From: an uncultured Bacilli bacterium
GTDB lineage: Bacteria; Bacillota_I; Bacilli_A; RFN20; CAG-826
Length of the DNA stretch: 64,000 nucleotides
Direction: 5' to 3'
Assembly (NCBI GenBank): GCA_944375905.1
Contig: CALWAS010000009.1
Location: 78-64,077, forward strand
Shown: piece after piece, positions 47,155 through 57,433 of the stretch
Position numbering within the stretch: the first letter of the stretch is position 1
Layout: each line of letters begins with the position of its first letter
Translations under genes and position numbers: made by a program
Notes under the pieces: generated by a model
What the model saw: only the letters and a program-made list of their open reading frames with translations
The model's database searches: none
Told to the model about the DNA's origin: nothing

Positions 47155-48534
47155 ATGGCTTCGAAATTCAGCTTTGACAAAATCGTCACCCATCTCATCG
47201 ATACCGGCTATGTCTATCCGGGCTCTGCCATTTACGGCGGCCTTGCCAACAGCTGGGACTACGGTCCCCTCGGCAGCGAACTGAAGAAGAACGTCCGCGA
47301 GGCGTGGTGGAAGCGCTTTGTCCAGGAGTCGCCGACCAATGTCGGCATCGACGCGGCCATTCTCATGAATCCGAAGGTGTGGGAAGCGACCGGCCACGTC
47401 TCGACCTTCAACGATCCGATGATCGACTGCAAGGCCTGCAAGGCCCGCTTCCGGGCCGATGACCTCATCAAGGAACAATACCCCGATGCCGATGTCGAGA
47501 ACATGGACTTCCAGGCGATGGACGAGTTCATCAAGGACCATCCGCTCAAGTGCCCGGAATGCGGCAAGAGCGAGTTCACCGCGATCCGCAAGTTCAACAT
47601 GATGTTCAAGACCCACATCGGCCCGACCGAGGACGGGGCCAGCGAAGTTTACCTTCGCCCGGAAACCGCCCAAGGCGTCTTCGTGAACTTCAAGAACGTC
47701 CAGCGGACAGCCCGGAAGAAGATCCCCTTCGGCATCTGCAATGCCGGGAAGAGCTTCCGCAACGAGATCACGCCGGGGAACTTCACTTTCCGCACCCGCG
47801 AATTCGAGCAGCTCGAAATGGAGTTCTTCTGCAAGCCCGGAACCGACCTTGAATGGTTCAAGTACTGGAAGGAGTACTGCCTTAAGTTCGTCGAAAGCCT
47901 CGGACCCAAGGCCGAAAACCTTCGCTTCCGCGACCACGAGCCGGCCGAGCTTGCCTTCTATAGCAAGGCCACGACCGATGTCGAATACGATTTCCCGTCG
48001 ATCGGCTGGGGAGAGATCCTCGGCGTTGCCGACCGGACCGACTACGACCTCAAGCGCCATCAAGAACACAGCAAGCAGGACCTTACATACTTCGACCCGG
48101 AGACCAACGAGAAATACCTTCCCTATGTCATCGAGCCGTCGATGGGCCTCGACCGCCTCATGCTCATGGCGATGGTCGACAGCTACGACGAGGAAGAACT
48201 CGGGGGCGGCGATACGCGCGTCGTCATGCACCTAAAGCCGTTCCTTGCCCCTTACAAGGTGGCGGTCCTCCCGCTTTCGAAGAAGCTATCCGAAAAGGCC
48301 GAGGAAGTCCTTCGCATCCTCAATCAGCATTTCATGTGCACTTTCGACGTGACCGGGAGCATCGGGAAGCGCTATCGCCGGCAAGACGAAATCGGAACCC
48401 CGTATTGCGTGACGGTCGACTTCGATACGCTCAATGACGCGGCGGTGACGGTCCGCGAACGCGATTCGATGAGCCAGATCCGTCTTCCCATTACCGAGCT
48501 CATCAGTTACCTTTCCGTCAAGTGCTTCTACTGA
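47155..48534 (+). CDS. glyQS: glycine--tRNA ligase (homodimeric type)
   Basis: 459 aa. GYVYPGSAIYGGLANSWDYGPLG, FRNEITP, class II motifs. Confidence 0.95.
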   Translation: MASKFSFDKIVTHLIDTGYVYPGSAIYGGLANSWDYGPLGSELKKNVREAWWKRFVQESPTNVGIDAAILMNPKVWEATGHVSTFNDPMIDCKACKARFRADDLIKEQYPDADVENMDFQAMDEFIKDHPLKCPECGKSEFTAIRKFNMMFKTHIGPTEDGASEVYLRPETAQGVFVNFKNVQRTARKKIPFGICNAGKSFRNEITPGNFTFRTREFEQLEMEFFCKPGTDLEWFKYWKEYCLKFVESLGPKAENLRFRDHEPAELAFYSKATTDVEYDFPSIGWGEILGVADRTDYDLKRHQEHSKQDLTYFDPETNEKYLPYVIEPSMGLDRLMLMAMVDSYDEEELGGGDTRVVMHLKPFLAPYKVAVLPLSKKLSEKAEEVLRILNQHFMCTFDVTGSIGKRYRRQDEIGTPYCVTVDFDTLNDAAVTVRERDSMSQIRLPITELISYLSVKCFY

Positions 48535-48549
48535 TTAAAGTGAATATTC

Positions 48550-48564
48550 AGTAGATATTTAGTA
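48550..48564 (+). repeat. 15-nt AT-rich repeat AGTAGATATTTAGTA, copy 1
   Basis: Exact match to 63412..63426. Partial copies at 53120..53131 (reverse orientation) and 22117..22126. Confidence 0.6.
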
Positions 48565-48594
48565 GTTGATATTACTTTGTAATATAGAAAGGAG

Positions 48595-50421
48595 GTGACT
48601 GGATTGTATTCCCGTGAGCTCGTCGACGATATTTTGAGAAGCGCCGACATCGTGAACGTTATCTCGAGCTACATTCCGGTCACCAAGAAAGGCCGGAGCT
48701 TCGTTGCCCTTTGCCCGTTCCACGACGACAAGAACCCGTCGCTTCAGATCTCGCCCGAAAAGCGGATCTACAAGTGCTTTTCGTGCGGCCATGGCGGCAA
48801 TGCCATAACCTTCGTTCGCGACTACGAGAAGATTTCCTTCGAGGCAGCCGTGCGAAAAGTTGCCGAGATCATCGGCTTCCACGACCAGCGACTCGAAAGC
48901 GAAGCCACCAAAATCAGGGTCGATCCTTCGAAGGAGCCACTCTACAAGGCCATCGAAGAATTGGCCGCTTACTATCGCTATGCCCTCTCAACCGACGAGG
49001 GGAAGGCGGCCCGCGACTATCTTCGCTCGAGGGGACTCGACGAGGAATCGGTCAGGAAGTTCGGAATCGGCTATGCCCCGAAAGACGGGGAGACGACGAT
49101 CAAGTACCTTTTGGCCAAGGGTCATTCCCTCCGGGCGGTAACCGGGATCGGCGTCACTCGCTTGAACGGGAAAAGCGACGCCAATGCCGGACGAATCGTC
49201 TTCCCGCTTTCCGATCCGGAAGGCCGAGTCGTCGGCTTCTCGGCCCGGAAGATCGACAAGGACGATCCGGCGCCGAAATACGTGAATTCCCCCGAGACGG
49301 CGATTTTCGAGAAGGGGAAGATTCTCTACAACTACCATCGTGCTTTCCAAAGCGCCCGGCGGGACGGCTACTGTTACCTCCTCGAAGGATTCATGGACGT
49401 CATCGCCCTTTCCCGCTCTGGACTCGGGAGCGCCGTCGCCCTCATGGGGACGGGACTATCGAGCGACCAGGTTTCGCTTCTGAGGCGGCTTGGCGCCGAG
49501 ATAAGGATTTCGCTAGATGGCGACCTTCCGGGCCAGGAGGGGATGATGAAGGCATCGCGTTCATTGACCGCGGCCGGCATCGCCTGCTCGCTCGTCGACT
49601 ATGGCGACGACGAACGCGATCCCGACGACGTCTATCAGGAAGACGGGCCCGACGCCCTCAAGAAGAAGATGTCGAACCTCGTCTCCCCGCTTGCCTTCCA
49701 GCTGGCCTTCTATTCGAAAAAGGAGCCGGTGGAGGGCGAGGAAGGGAGAAAAAGGGTCCTCAACAGCTTTCTTCCGGACCTTGCCGCGATGAAATCGGGT
49801 GTCGAGAAGGAAGACACCATCGAGAAGCTCGCGAAGGCAACAGGCTACGAGCCCAACACCGTCCGCTTGGCCGTCGATGCCTATCGTAAGAAGAAAGCCA
49901 AGGCGAGCCAAGGGGAAGTCGGCGGGAGCGAGACCCCCCGCATGAGCCGGCTTCCCGAGGCCAAGACGCGCCTTCAGAAAGCTGAGCGCCAGGCTCTCTA
50001 CTACATGATGAAGGAGCGGGAGGCGATCAAGATCTTCCTGCTTAGCATCGATACTTTCTATGACCGCGTTCTTAACGACATCGCCAACTACGTCGTCCAA
50101 TACGACGAGAGCCGGGAATCTCCGGTGGAGCTCGACCTCTTGCTTGGCGACATCGACAGCGGCCCCTCGGAGGACAAGCTCCTTCTCGAGGACGAGGCGA
50201 GCCTCATCTACAACGAGCGGGGCATCCCGCCCTACACGAGCGAACGCATGATGGAGTGCGCGACCGCGATTAGCGAGGAAAGAAGCGAATTATCGAAAAG
50301 GAGGAAAGCCCGAAAGGAAATGGAAGGGAAAAGCCCCGAGGAGAAAGCCGAGGTCATTACCAGGCTTGCCCAGGAAAGGGCCAGGAAGCTAGGCTTCCCC
50401 ACCACGAAAAAAGACGATTGA
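48595..50421 (+). CDS. dnaG: DNA primase
   Basis: Zinc finger [44 protein letters not shown]. Start may be TTG 48604 (AAAGGAGG 8 nt upstream). Confidence 0.95.
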   Translation: MTGLYSRELVDDILRSADIVNVISSYIPVTKKGRSFVALCPFHDDKNPSLQISPEKRIYKCFSCGHGGNAITFVRDYEKISFEAAVRKVAEIIGFHDQRLESEATKIRVDPSKEPLYKAIEELAAYYRYALSTDEGKAARDYLRSRGLDEESVRKFGIGYAPKDGETTIKYLLAKGHSLRAVTGIGVTRLNGKSDANAGRIVFPLSDPEGRVVGFSARKIDKDDPAPKYVNSPETAIFEKGKILYNYHRAFQSARRDGYCYLLEGFMDVIALSRSGLGSAVALMGTGLSSDQVSLLRRLGAEIRISLDGDLPGQEGMMKASRSLTAAGIACSLVDYGDDERDPDDVYQEDGPDALKKKMSNLVSPLAFQLAFYSKKEPVEGEEGRKRVLNSFLPDLAAMKSGVEKEDTIEKLAKATGYEPNTVRLAVDAYRKKKAKASQGEVGGSETPRMSRLPEAKTRLQKAERQALYYMMKEREAIKIFLLSIDTFYDRVLNDIANYVVQYDESRESPVELDLLLGDIDSGPSEDKLLLEDEASLIYNERGIPPYTSERMMECATAISEERSELSKRRKARKEMEGKSPEEKAEVITRLAQERARKLGFPTTKKDD

Positions 50422-50450
50422 AGCGTTTAAGATTGGGAGGAATCGCGCTT

Positions 50451-51761
50451 ATGGAAAAGAAGACTGCGAAAGAGCAGGGCGAGGGCGTATCCCTTGCCTT
50501 CCAGATGGACGAAGACGAAAAGGAAGAGGCCAAGGAAGAGAAAGAGGGCCTCGAGGCAATCAAGAAGGAATTTCTCAAGAAGGGAAAGGAAGACGGCTTC
50601 ATCGACATCGGCGAAGTCACCGATCGCCTTTCGAACATCGATTTGAGCGACGAAGAGTTCGCCTCGCTCATCGATAGCTTCCGGGAAAGCGGGATCAAGC
50701 TCGTCGGGGAAGACGACGAGGACGAGGCCCCGAGCGAAGAAGCTCTCGCGGAAGAAGAGGCCGGCGGCGAAGGAGTCCTCGACCAGGACGACGCCGACGT
50801 GGACACCGAGGAGGAAGCCGAGAAGGAAGGGCTTGCCGACTTCAACGACCTAGCCAAGATGTCGACCGGCGAAGTCAAGGTCAATGACTCGGTCAAGATG
50901 TACCTCAAGGAGATCGGCAAGGTCGACCTTCTCAATGCCCAGCAGGAAATCGACCTCGCGAAGAGAATCGCCCAAGGCGACATCGACGCGAAGAACCAGC
51001 TCATAACCGCCAACCTTCGCCTTGTCATCGCCATCGCGAAGCACTACGTCGGCCGGGGGATGCATTTCCTCGACCTCATCCAGGAAGGGAACATGGGCCT
51101 CATCAAGGCCGTCGAGAAATTCGACTATACCAAGGGATTCAAGTTCTCGACCTATGCCACTTGGTGGATTCGCCAAGCCATCACCCGGGCCATTGCCGAC
51201 CAGGCGCGGACGATCAGGATTCCCGTCCACATGGTCGAGACCATCAACAAGATGACCCGGACCCAGCGGGCCCTCGTCCAGGAACTTGGCCGTGAGCCGA
51301 CCGCCGAGGAGATTTCCGAGAAGATGGGCGGGTCCCTGACTCCGGAAAAGATAAGGGAAATCCAACGGATTGCCCTCGAGCCGGTTTCCTTCGAGACGCC
51401 GATCGGCGAGGAGGACGATTCCCACCTCGGCGACTTCATCGAGGACAAGGAAACGCAGTCCCCGGAGGAATACGCGACCAAGGCCCTTCTCAAAGACGAG
51501 CTCTACGAGATCATGAAGGATCTCACCGACCGCGAGGAAAGGGTCCTCCGACTCCGCTATGGTCTCGACGACAACCGTCCGCGGACCCTCGAAGAAGTCG
51601 GCAAGGAGTTCAACGTCACCCGCGAGCGCATCCGCCAAATCGAGGCCAAGGCCATAAGGAAGCTCCGTCATCCGACCCGTGCCAAGCGGCTCGGGGATTA
51701 CCGCGACGCCCTTTATAGCTCCGGCCCCGACGCCAATCCCAAAGGCGGGAAGAAGCAATGA
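50451..51761 (+). CDS. rpoD: RNA polymerase sigma factor RpoD/SigA
   Basis: Acidic region 1.1, then [36 protein letters not shown], and region 4.2 [27 protein letters not shown]. Confidence 0.96.
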   Translation: MEKKTAKEQGEGVSLAFQMDEDEKEEAKEEKEGLEAIKKEFLKKGKEDGFIDIGEVTDRLSNIDLSDEEFASLIDSFRESGIKLVGEDDEDEAPSEEALAEEEAGGEGVLDQDDADVDTEEEAEKEGLADFNDLAKMSTGEVKVNDSVKMYLKEIGKVDLLNAQQEIDLAKRIAQGDIDAKNQLITANLRLVIAIAKHYVGRGMHFLDLIQEGNMGLIKAVEKFDYTKGFKFSTYATWWIRQAITRAIADQARTIRIPVHMVETINKMTRTQRALVQELGREPTAEEISEKMGGSLTPEKIREIQRIALEPVSFETPIGEEDDSHLGDFIEDKETQSPEEYATKALLKDELYEIMKDLTDREERVLRLRYGLDDNRPRTLEEVGKEFNVTRERIRQIEAKAIRKLRHPTRAKRLGDYRDALYSSGPDANPKGGKKQ

Positions 51762-52435
51762 AGCCGTCCCCCCGGATCGAAAAGCTCCTTTCGCTTTTTC
51801 GGCCGGGGGCTTTCCTTGCCGATGTCGGAAGCGACCACGGGCAGCTCGTCATCGGGGCGGTGGACTCTTCCCTTTTCCCGAGGGCCATGGCCATCGAGAA
51901 CAAAAAGGGCCCATACGCGCGCCTTAAGGCTGCCGTCGAGGAAAGCGGCCACGGCCGCGAAATCGTCGTTTCGCTTAGCGACGGGCTCGACGAACTCGAC
52001 CCATCGTGCGATTCGCTTGCCCTTTGCGGCATGGGCGGCCGCCTCATAGCGGAAATCCTCGAGCGGGGAAAGGCAAAGCTCAGCCCGATAAAGCAGATCG
52101 TCGTCGACGCCCACAGCGAACGCCCGTATCTCGACGAGCGGCTCCTCGCCCTCGGATTCGTCTCTTCCTCCGCCGTTTATTTCGAGGAGCGGGGAAAGGG
52201 CTATTCGCTTGAAAGGTGGGAAAGGGGAGAGCTCGGCCGTCCCCGTTCTTCCCTTGAAAGGAAGTACGGCCTCGCCCCGTTTGCTTTCCTCCAAAACGGC
52301 TATCGCGCCTTCCTCGAGCGGGAAAGGGACAAATCGTCGCTTCTATCCGAGAATGGCGGCCTTCCGCCCGAAAAAAGAACGGAAGAGAAGGAAAGCACCG
52401 CCGAACTAGAAAGGTATCTCCATGAAAACGCGTAA
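51758..52435 (+). CDS. trmK: tRNA (adenine22-N1)-methyltransferase
   Basis: [16 protein letters not shown] motif. ATGA overlap with rpoD. Same position as B. subtilis yqfN (recollection). Confidence 0.85.
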   Translation: MKPSPRIEKLLSLFRPGAFLADVGSDHGQLVIGAVDSSLFPRAMAIENKKGPYARLKAAVEESGHGREIVVSLSDGLDELDPSCDSLALCGMGGRLIAEILERGKAKLSPIKQIVVDAHSERPYLDERLLALGFVSSSAVYFEERGKGYSLERWERGELGRPRSSLERKYGLAPFAFLQNGYRAFLERERDKSSLLSENGGLPPEKRTEEKESTAELERYLHENA

Positions 52436-53192
52436 GCTGATGTCGAAACTCTACCGCATATTCCCGCGGACCCTCGCCGAAAGCTGGGACCATGTAGGAC
52501 TCATGATCGGGCCGGTGAAGGAGGAGACGAACATCGTCGCCCTTTGCCTCGATCTCGACGCCGAGAGCCTGGCGAAGGCCATCGACGGGGGAGCCGACAT
52601 GGTAATCAGCCACCATCCGGTCTTCTTCGGAAGGAAGAAGGATATTCTCCTTGCGAATGCCGAGCGGCTAAACGTATTCGAGAAGGCGACGGAAGCCGGA
52701 ATCATGGCCTACAGCTTCCATACGAATTTCGACGCGAAGTTCCCCGAGGGGATGAACGAGGCCCTGGCCGAGAAGCTGGGCCTAAGCGAAATCCATCCTC
52801 TCGTGAGCGAGCCGATGGCGGTGGGAGGCGAACTCCCCGCGCCGATGGAGGTGCATGACTTCGCGCGCTTCGCCAGGCAAGCTCTTTCCTCCCCCTACGG
52901 ACTTCTCATCAATCGCGGGAAGAAGGAAATCAAAAGCGTTGCCATCCTCGGCGGCGGCGGATCGTCGTCGTGGCGCGAGGCCATGCTCGAAGGCTACGAC
53001 ATCTACATTTCGGGCGACGCTCCGCATCATACGAGGCGCGATATCGCGAACGCTGGGGCAAATTATCTCGATTTACCGCATGAAATCGAAAGTATTTTCG
53101 TTGAGAGAATGACTGAAATACTACTAAATATTAACCAAGAACTTACTATAGTTCCCATTGTTCACGAAATTCCGCCGGAAATCGTCCTATAA
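52422..53192 (+). CDS. Nif3-like dinuclear metal center protein (short form)
   Basis: 256 aa. AESWDHVGLMIG, ISHHPVFF, YSFHTNFD, GDAPHHT. The last roughly 30 codons are conspicuously AT-rich. Confidence 0.88.
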   Translation: MKTRKLMSKLYRIFPRTLAESWDHVGLMIGPVKEETNIVALCLDLDAESLAKAIDGGADMVISHHPVFFGRKKDILLANAERLNVFEKATEAGIMAYSFHTNFDAKFPEGMNEALAEKLGLSEIHPLVSEPMAVGGELPAPMEVHDFARFARQALSSPYGLLINRGKKEIKSVAILGGGGSSSWREAMLEGYDIYISGDAPHHTRRDIANAGANYLDLPHEIESIFVERMTEILLNINQELTIVPIVHEIPPEIVL

Positions 53193-54026
53193 CGTTTTTA
53201 GCAGGTGCGCGATTTCTTCTATCTCCCGGTCGTCGGTCGAGGCTGCCCCGATAAGGGCGGCCTTTTTCCTTCCGATGGCTGCCTCTAGGGGGAAAGCGGC
53301 GGCATTGAGGGCGAGCAAAGAAAGCGCCTTCGGATTGAAGAGGCGGCTCGTCGATAGGAGGGCGCGGGCATTCGACGAGGTGGAAGAGCCGACTATAACG
53401 ATGAGGTCGTATTCATCTCCCAGCCTTTTGACTGCTTCCTGCCTTTCTTCGGTAGCCCGGCAGCGTCCTTTTCTGAAAAGGGCGTCGGGATATTTTTCCC
53501 TAATGAGGCGGAGGGCCTTCTCGACTTCCTCCCCCGAGAGGGTCGTTTGAACATATATGGCCGGAGCGACGAGCCCATCGGGCACCTCTTCTTTCTTTCT
53601 GGGATCGAAAAGGAAGGCTCTCCCGCGGGCGAAGGAAACGGCCGCGGTCGCCTCTTCGTGCCCTTCGTGCCCGACATAGACGATATCGTGCTCTCGGCTG
53701 TCTTTTTCGATCGCTTTCTCGTTTGAAAGGACGAAAGGGCAGCTCGCATCGACGAAAGATAGCCCTCTTTTCCTTATCTCCCCTTCGAGCGAGGCGGGAT
53801 GGCCATGGGCCGAGAGAACGAGAGGAAAGGGACTCTCGGGCGGAATGTCCTCGAGCTTGCTTATCTCCAGCCCTTCCTCCTCGAGCCGAGCAACGACTTC
53901 CTCGTTATGGACGAGAGGGGAAAGCGCATAGGCCTTTCCGCTTCCCTTGAGGGCCCTCCTTGCCTTTTCGAGGGCGAGCCGCACCCCGAGGCAGAAGCCG
54001 CCTTCCTTGACGATCGTGACTTCCAT
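53187..54026 (-). CDS. ispH: 4-hydroxy-3-methylbut-2-enyl diphosphate reductase
   Basis: MEVTIVKEGGFCLGV N-terminus, three-Cys LytB pattern. Start set at ATG 54026 (ORF opens at 54050). Confidence 0.9.
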   Translation of the reverse strand: MEVTIVKEGGFCLGVRLALEKARRALKGSGKAYALSPLVHNEEVVARLEEEGLEISKLEDIPPESPFPLVLSAHGHPASLEGEIRKRGLSFVDASCPFVLSNEKAIEKDSREHDIVYVGHEGHEEATAAVSFARGRAFLFDPRKKEEVPDGLVAPAIYVQTTLSGEEVEKALRLIREKYPDALFRKGRCRATEERQEAVKRLGDEYDLIVIVGSSTSSNARALLSTSRLFNPKALSLLALNAAAFPLEAAIGRKKAALIGAASTDDREIEEIAHLLKTL

Positions 54027-54087
54027 CACCCGATTATCGACTTCCCGCAATGAAAGAAAAAGGGCAATCCGCTATACTTTGAGCGTT

Positions 54088-55446
54088 ATGAGTTTTGCTC
54101 GCTTTGCCCTTTCCAAGGAACTGATCGGCGCCCTCGAAGGCTTAGGCTACCTCGAGCCGAGCCCGATTCAGGATAAAGTCATTCCCGCCGCGCTTCGCGG
54201 CGAGTCCCTTCTCGTCCAGGCCCCGACGGGCTCGGGAAAGACGCATTCTTTCCTCGTCCCGATCATCGCCCGTACCGACCTCAGCCTGCCTCGCCCCCAA
54301 GCCGTCATCGTTGCTCCGAGCCGCGAATTGGCCCGCCAGACCTATGAATTCGCCCGAGCCTTCCAGCGCTATATCCCGACCCTTAGGATCCGTCTTTTCT
54401 CCTCCGAGTCCGAGGTCAGCGAAAATGAGGAAGGGAAGTCCCTCCCTCCCCAGATCATCGTCGGAACCCCCGGGCGGCTCGTCGACCTCCTTGTAAAGAG
54501 GGACGACTATCCGCTCAACAACGTGAGGACACTCGTCCTCGACGAAGCCGACATGCTTTTCGAGGAAGGATACGAAGAAGACGTCGTCGCCCTTTCCGAG
54601 CGTCTCAAGGCCCCGCAGGCCCTCGTTTACTCCGCCACGCTAAAGCCGCATCTCGTCGCCCTTCTAAAAGACGACTTCCCCGGAATCGATTTCGAAGGGA
54701 GCAAGGAAACGACGCCGGGAGGGCTCTCCCACCATCTCGTCGACATCAAGCACGTCGGGAAAGCCCGGGCTCTCCTTAGCTTCCTTCGGGCCCGCCATCC
54801 TTATCTCTGCCTTGCCTTCGCCTCGAAGAAGGAAACGCTCAAGCCGGTTAGCGACCTCTTGAGGAGCGAAGGCATCGACTACGTCTACTTTTCCGGCTCC
54901 CTTTCCGAGCGCGACCGAAAAAAGGCGATCCGCGAAATCCGTTCGGGCCGCCATGCTCTCGTCCTCGCTAGCGACCTATTGGCCCGCGGCATCGACCTGC
55001 CGTTCGTCTCGGACGTCGTCTCGCTCGACGTCCCCAACGAAATCGAGTTCTACTCGCATCGGGCGGGGCGGGCTGCCCGCTTTGGCGAGAAAGGCGATTC
55101 CTGGGCCTTCTACAATAGCGACTCGGTCGATGAGGCGAAAAGGCTCCTCGACGAGGGCATGCCATTCGACTACTACGTCCTCAAGGGCGAAACCCTCCAG
55201 CCGGACGATGCCGGCCTCGCCAAGAAGCCGAAAGGCCCACACAAGAAAGAGCTTCCGGAAGAGGAAATGAAGGAAATCAAGATAGCGAAGGCCCTTACCA
55301 GGAAGAAGAGGGTCGAGCCGATGCATCGGAAGAAGACCCAGTTCGCGATCGAGAAGGTAAAGCGCAAGTACCGCCGAAAGGCCATCAAGGCCCGGATCCG
55401 GACCGAACTCGATGCCTCCTATCGGGCCAAGGGAAAGAAGAAATGA
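54088..55446 (+). CDS. DEAD-box ATP-dependent RNA helicase (CshB-position)
   Basis: Q motif, AQ-type motif I VQAPTGSGKTHSF, VLDEADML, SAT, basic C-terminal tail. Start ATG 54088 (MSFARFALSKEL). Confidence 0.9.
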   Translation: MSFARFALSKELIGALEGLGYLEPSPIQDKVIPAALRGESLLVQAPTGSGKTHSFLVPIIARTDLSLPRPQAVIVAPSRELARQTYEFARAFQRYIPTLRIRLFSSESEVSENEEGKSLPPQIIVGTPGRLVDLLVKRDDYPLNNVRTLVLDEADMLFEEGYEEDVVALSERLKAPQALVYSATLKPHLVALLKDDFPGIDFEGSKETTPGGLSHHLVDIKHVGKARALLSFLRARHPYLCLAFASKKETLKPVSDLLRSEGIDYVYFSGSLSERDRKKAIREIRSGRHALVLASDLLARGIDLPFVSDVVSLDVPNEIEFYSHRAGRAARFGEKGDSWAFYNSDSVDEAKRLLDEGMPFDYYVLKGETLQPDDAGLAKKPKGPHKKELPEEEMKEIKIAKALTRKKRVEPMHRKKTQFAIEKVKRKYRRKAIKARIRTELDASYRAKGKKK

Positions 55447-56315
55447 TGCTCATCGGAAGCCATCTCCCCCTTTCCGGCCCCCTTTACTTCGAAGAGACGG
55501 CCAAGCTTGCCTTGTCCTTTGGCGAGACGGCCATGATGTTCTATACGGGCGCTCCGCAGAACTCCAGAAGGCTTCCGCTCGACAAGATGAGGATAGGGGA
55601 AGGCGATGCCGTCCTCGAGGGAAAGATCGCGCTTAGTTCCCGCGTCGTGCACGCCCCTTACATCATCAATTTGGCCAATCGGGGCGATCTGGACAAGCTA
55701 AAGGCAATGGAAGGCTTCCTTAGGAGCGAGCTCGAGCGGGCCGCGCGCTTTTCGGCGCCGATTCTCGTCCTCCATCCGGGTTCCCATCTCGGCCTCGGAA
55801 GCGAGGCGGGAATCAAGAACCTCCTCCTTTCGCTTGAGGAAACCCTTGCCGACTATCGCGGAAGGACGAGGATCGCCCTCGAGACGATGGCTGGCAAAGG
55901 CGGTGAAATAGGACGGAGCTTCGAGGAAATAGCCGCGATCATAAACGGCTTTTCCCGTCCCGAGCTTCTCTCCGTCACCCTCGACACGTGCCATCTAAAC
56001 GACGCCGGCTACGATGTTTCCGACTTGCCTGGCATCAAATCCGAAATCGAACGGACGTTCGGGATCCGCAAAGTGGCCTGCATCCATCTAAACGATTCCA
56101 AGAACCCGCGCGCTTCCCACAAGGACCGCCACGAGAACATAGGCTACGGGACGATCGGTTTTGCCACCCTCGAGAAGTGGGCGTCCGATCCCGATTTCGC
56201 GGACGTGCCGAAGATACTCGAAACGCCTTACTACAAGGAAAAGCCGCCCTATGGCACCGAAATCGCGATGCTCCGGAGCGGCGTTTACGTCGAGGGGTGG
56301 CGCGAGAGGCTATAG
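55443..56315 (+). CDS. nfo: deoxyribonuclease IV (endonuclease IV)
   Basis: 290 aa. HAPYIINLAN, LHPGSH, HLNDSKNP. ATGA overlap with helicase stop. Confidence 0.92.
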   Translation: MMLIGSHLPLSGPLYFEETAKLALSFGETAMMFYTGAPQNSRRLPLDKMRIGEGDAVLEGKIALSSRVVHAPYIINLANRGDLDKLKAMEGFLRSELERAARFSAPILVLHPGSHLGLGSEAGIKNLLLSLEETLADYRGRTRIALETMAGKGGEIGRSFEEIAAIINGFSRPELLSVTLDTCHLNDAGYDVSDLPGIKSEIERTFGIRKVACIHLNDSKNPRASHKDRHENIGYGTIGFATLEKWASDPDFADVPKILETPYYKEKPPYGTEIAMLRSGVYVEGWRERL

Positions 56316-57347
56316 TCCCTTCTCGATTTCGCCAATTAGCGTCTCGTAGGCGTTTTCCTCGGGAACGGTCATGACAATTTTCCCCTTCTTAAAAAGGGCA
56401 TAGACCCCGTTTCCCCCGGCGAGGCCGATGTCGGCATCGCGCGCCTCGCCCGGGCCGTTGACGATGCAGCCCATGACGGCGACCTTCAACGGGAGCCGCC
56501 TTTTTTCGAGATAGGACTGAACCTTGCGGGCAAGGGGCATCAAATCGACCATCGTCCTTCCGCAGGTCGGGCACGAGACGAAGAAAGGCCAGTTTCCGTC
56601 TAGTTCCAGGTCGCGGAGAAGACGATGCCCGGCCTTGACTTCCTCGAGCGGCGGCTCGCTCATCGAGATCCTTATCGTGTCGCCGATGCCATCGAGGAGA
56701 AGCGGGGAAAGTACGGCCGCCGAACGGATTAGGCTGACTTCCTTGGGCCCCGCCTCGGTCGCTCCGAGGTGAAGCGGATAGGGGAAGCGCTTGTCGGCCA
56801 AGCGGTTGGCGGCAACGGTGGTGAGCGGCGACGAGCTCTTGAGGGAGATGGCGATGTCGAAGAAGCCGGCTTCCTCGAGAATCGCCACGTGACGGGCGGC
56901 GCTTTCGACCATTTCCTCCAGAGTCGCCTCGTGGTCTTTGAAAAGGGACCCCCCGTTGATGCCGATGCGGATGGGAAGCCTTTTTTCCTTGCAGGCCCTT
57001 ACCACGGCCTCGACCCGGTCGCGGCTTCCGATGTTTCCTGGGTTGATGCGAATGGCGGCGGCCCCGTTCGCGGCTGCCAAAAGGGCCAGGCGGTAATCGA
57101 AGTGGATGTCGGCGACGATCGGGACGGGGCTTTCGCGCGTAAGGCGCCCAAGCGCCCGGCCGTCCTCTTCGTCGAGGACGCTTACCCTCATGATGTCGAG
57201 GCCATATGGCACGGCTTCCTTTATTTGGGCGAGAACGTCGTCGACCCGGCTGGTCTTGACCGCGGCCATCGACTGGACGCTGATCCTTTTCCCGCCTCCG
57301 ACTTCGACGTCGCCCACTTTCAATAGGCGTTTGGCTTTTCTTTGCAT
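56310..57347 (-). CDS. ispG: 4-hydroxy-3-methylbut-2-en-1-yl diphosphate synthase
   Basis: VGGGKRISVQSM, RINPGNIG, CPTCGRT. Confidence 0.93.
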   Translation of the reverse strand: MQRKAKRLLKVGDVEVGGGKRISVQSMAAVKTSRVDDVLAQIKEAVPYGLDIMRVSVLDEEDGRALGRLTRESPVPIVADIHFDYRLALLAAANGAAAIRINPGNIGSRDRVEAVVRACKEKRLPIRIGINGGSLFKDHEATLEEMVESAARHVAILEEAGFFDIAISLKSSSPLTTVAANRLADKRFPYPLHLGATEAGPKEVSLIRSAAVLSPLLLDGIGDTIRISMSEPPLEEVKAGHRLLRDLELDGNWPFFVSCPTCGRTMVDLMPLARKVQSYLEKRRLPLKVAVMGCIVNGPGEARDADIGLAGGNGVYALFKKGKIVMTVPEENAYETLIGEIEKGL

Positions 57348-57433
57348 GGCCCTATCGTAAATAGGAGGAAGGAAAAAGTCGAGGCTCCCGTGCCTTTACC
57401 TTGCCAATGCGCTGGCGCAAAATGGACGGGAAC

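Noticed and set aside
57361-57380. Strong SD-like AGGAGGAAGGAAAAAG upstream of the acyltransferase gene
   Set aside because: No ATG, GTG or TTG lies 4-12 nt downstream in any frame. The first in-frame start of the acyltransferase is more than 30 nt away, so it is probably not a functional ribosome binding site. Left uninterpreted.
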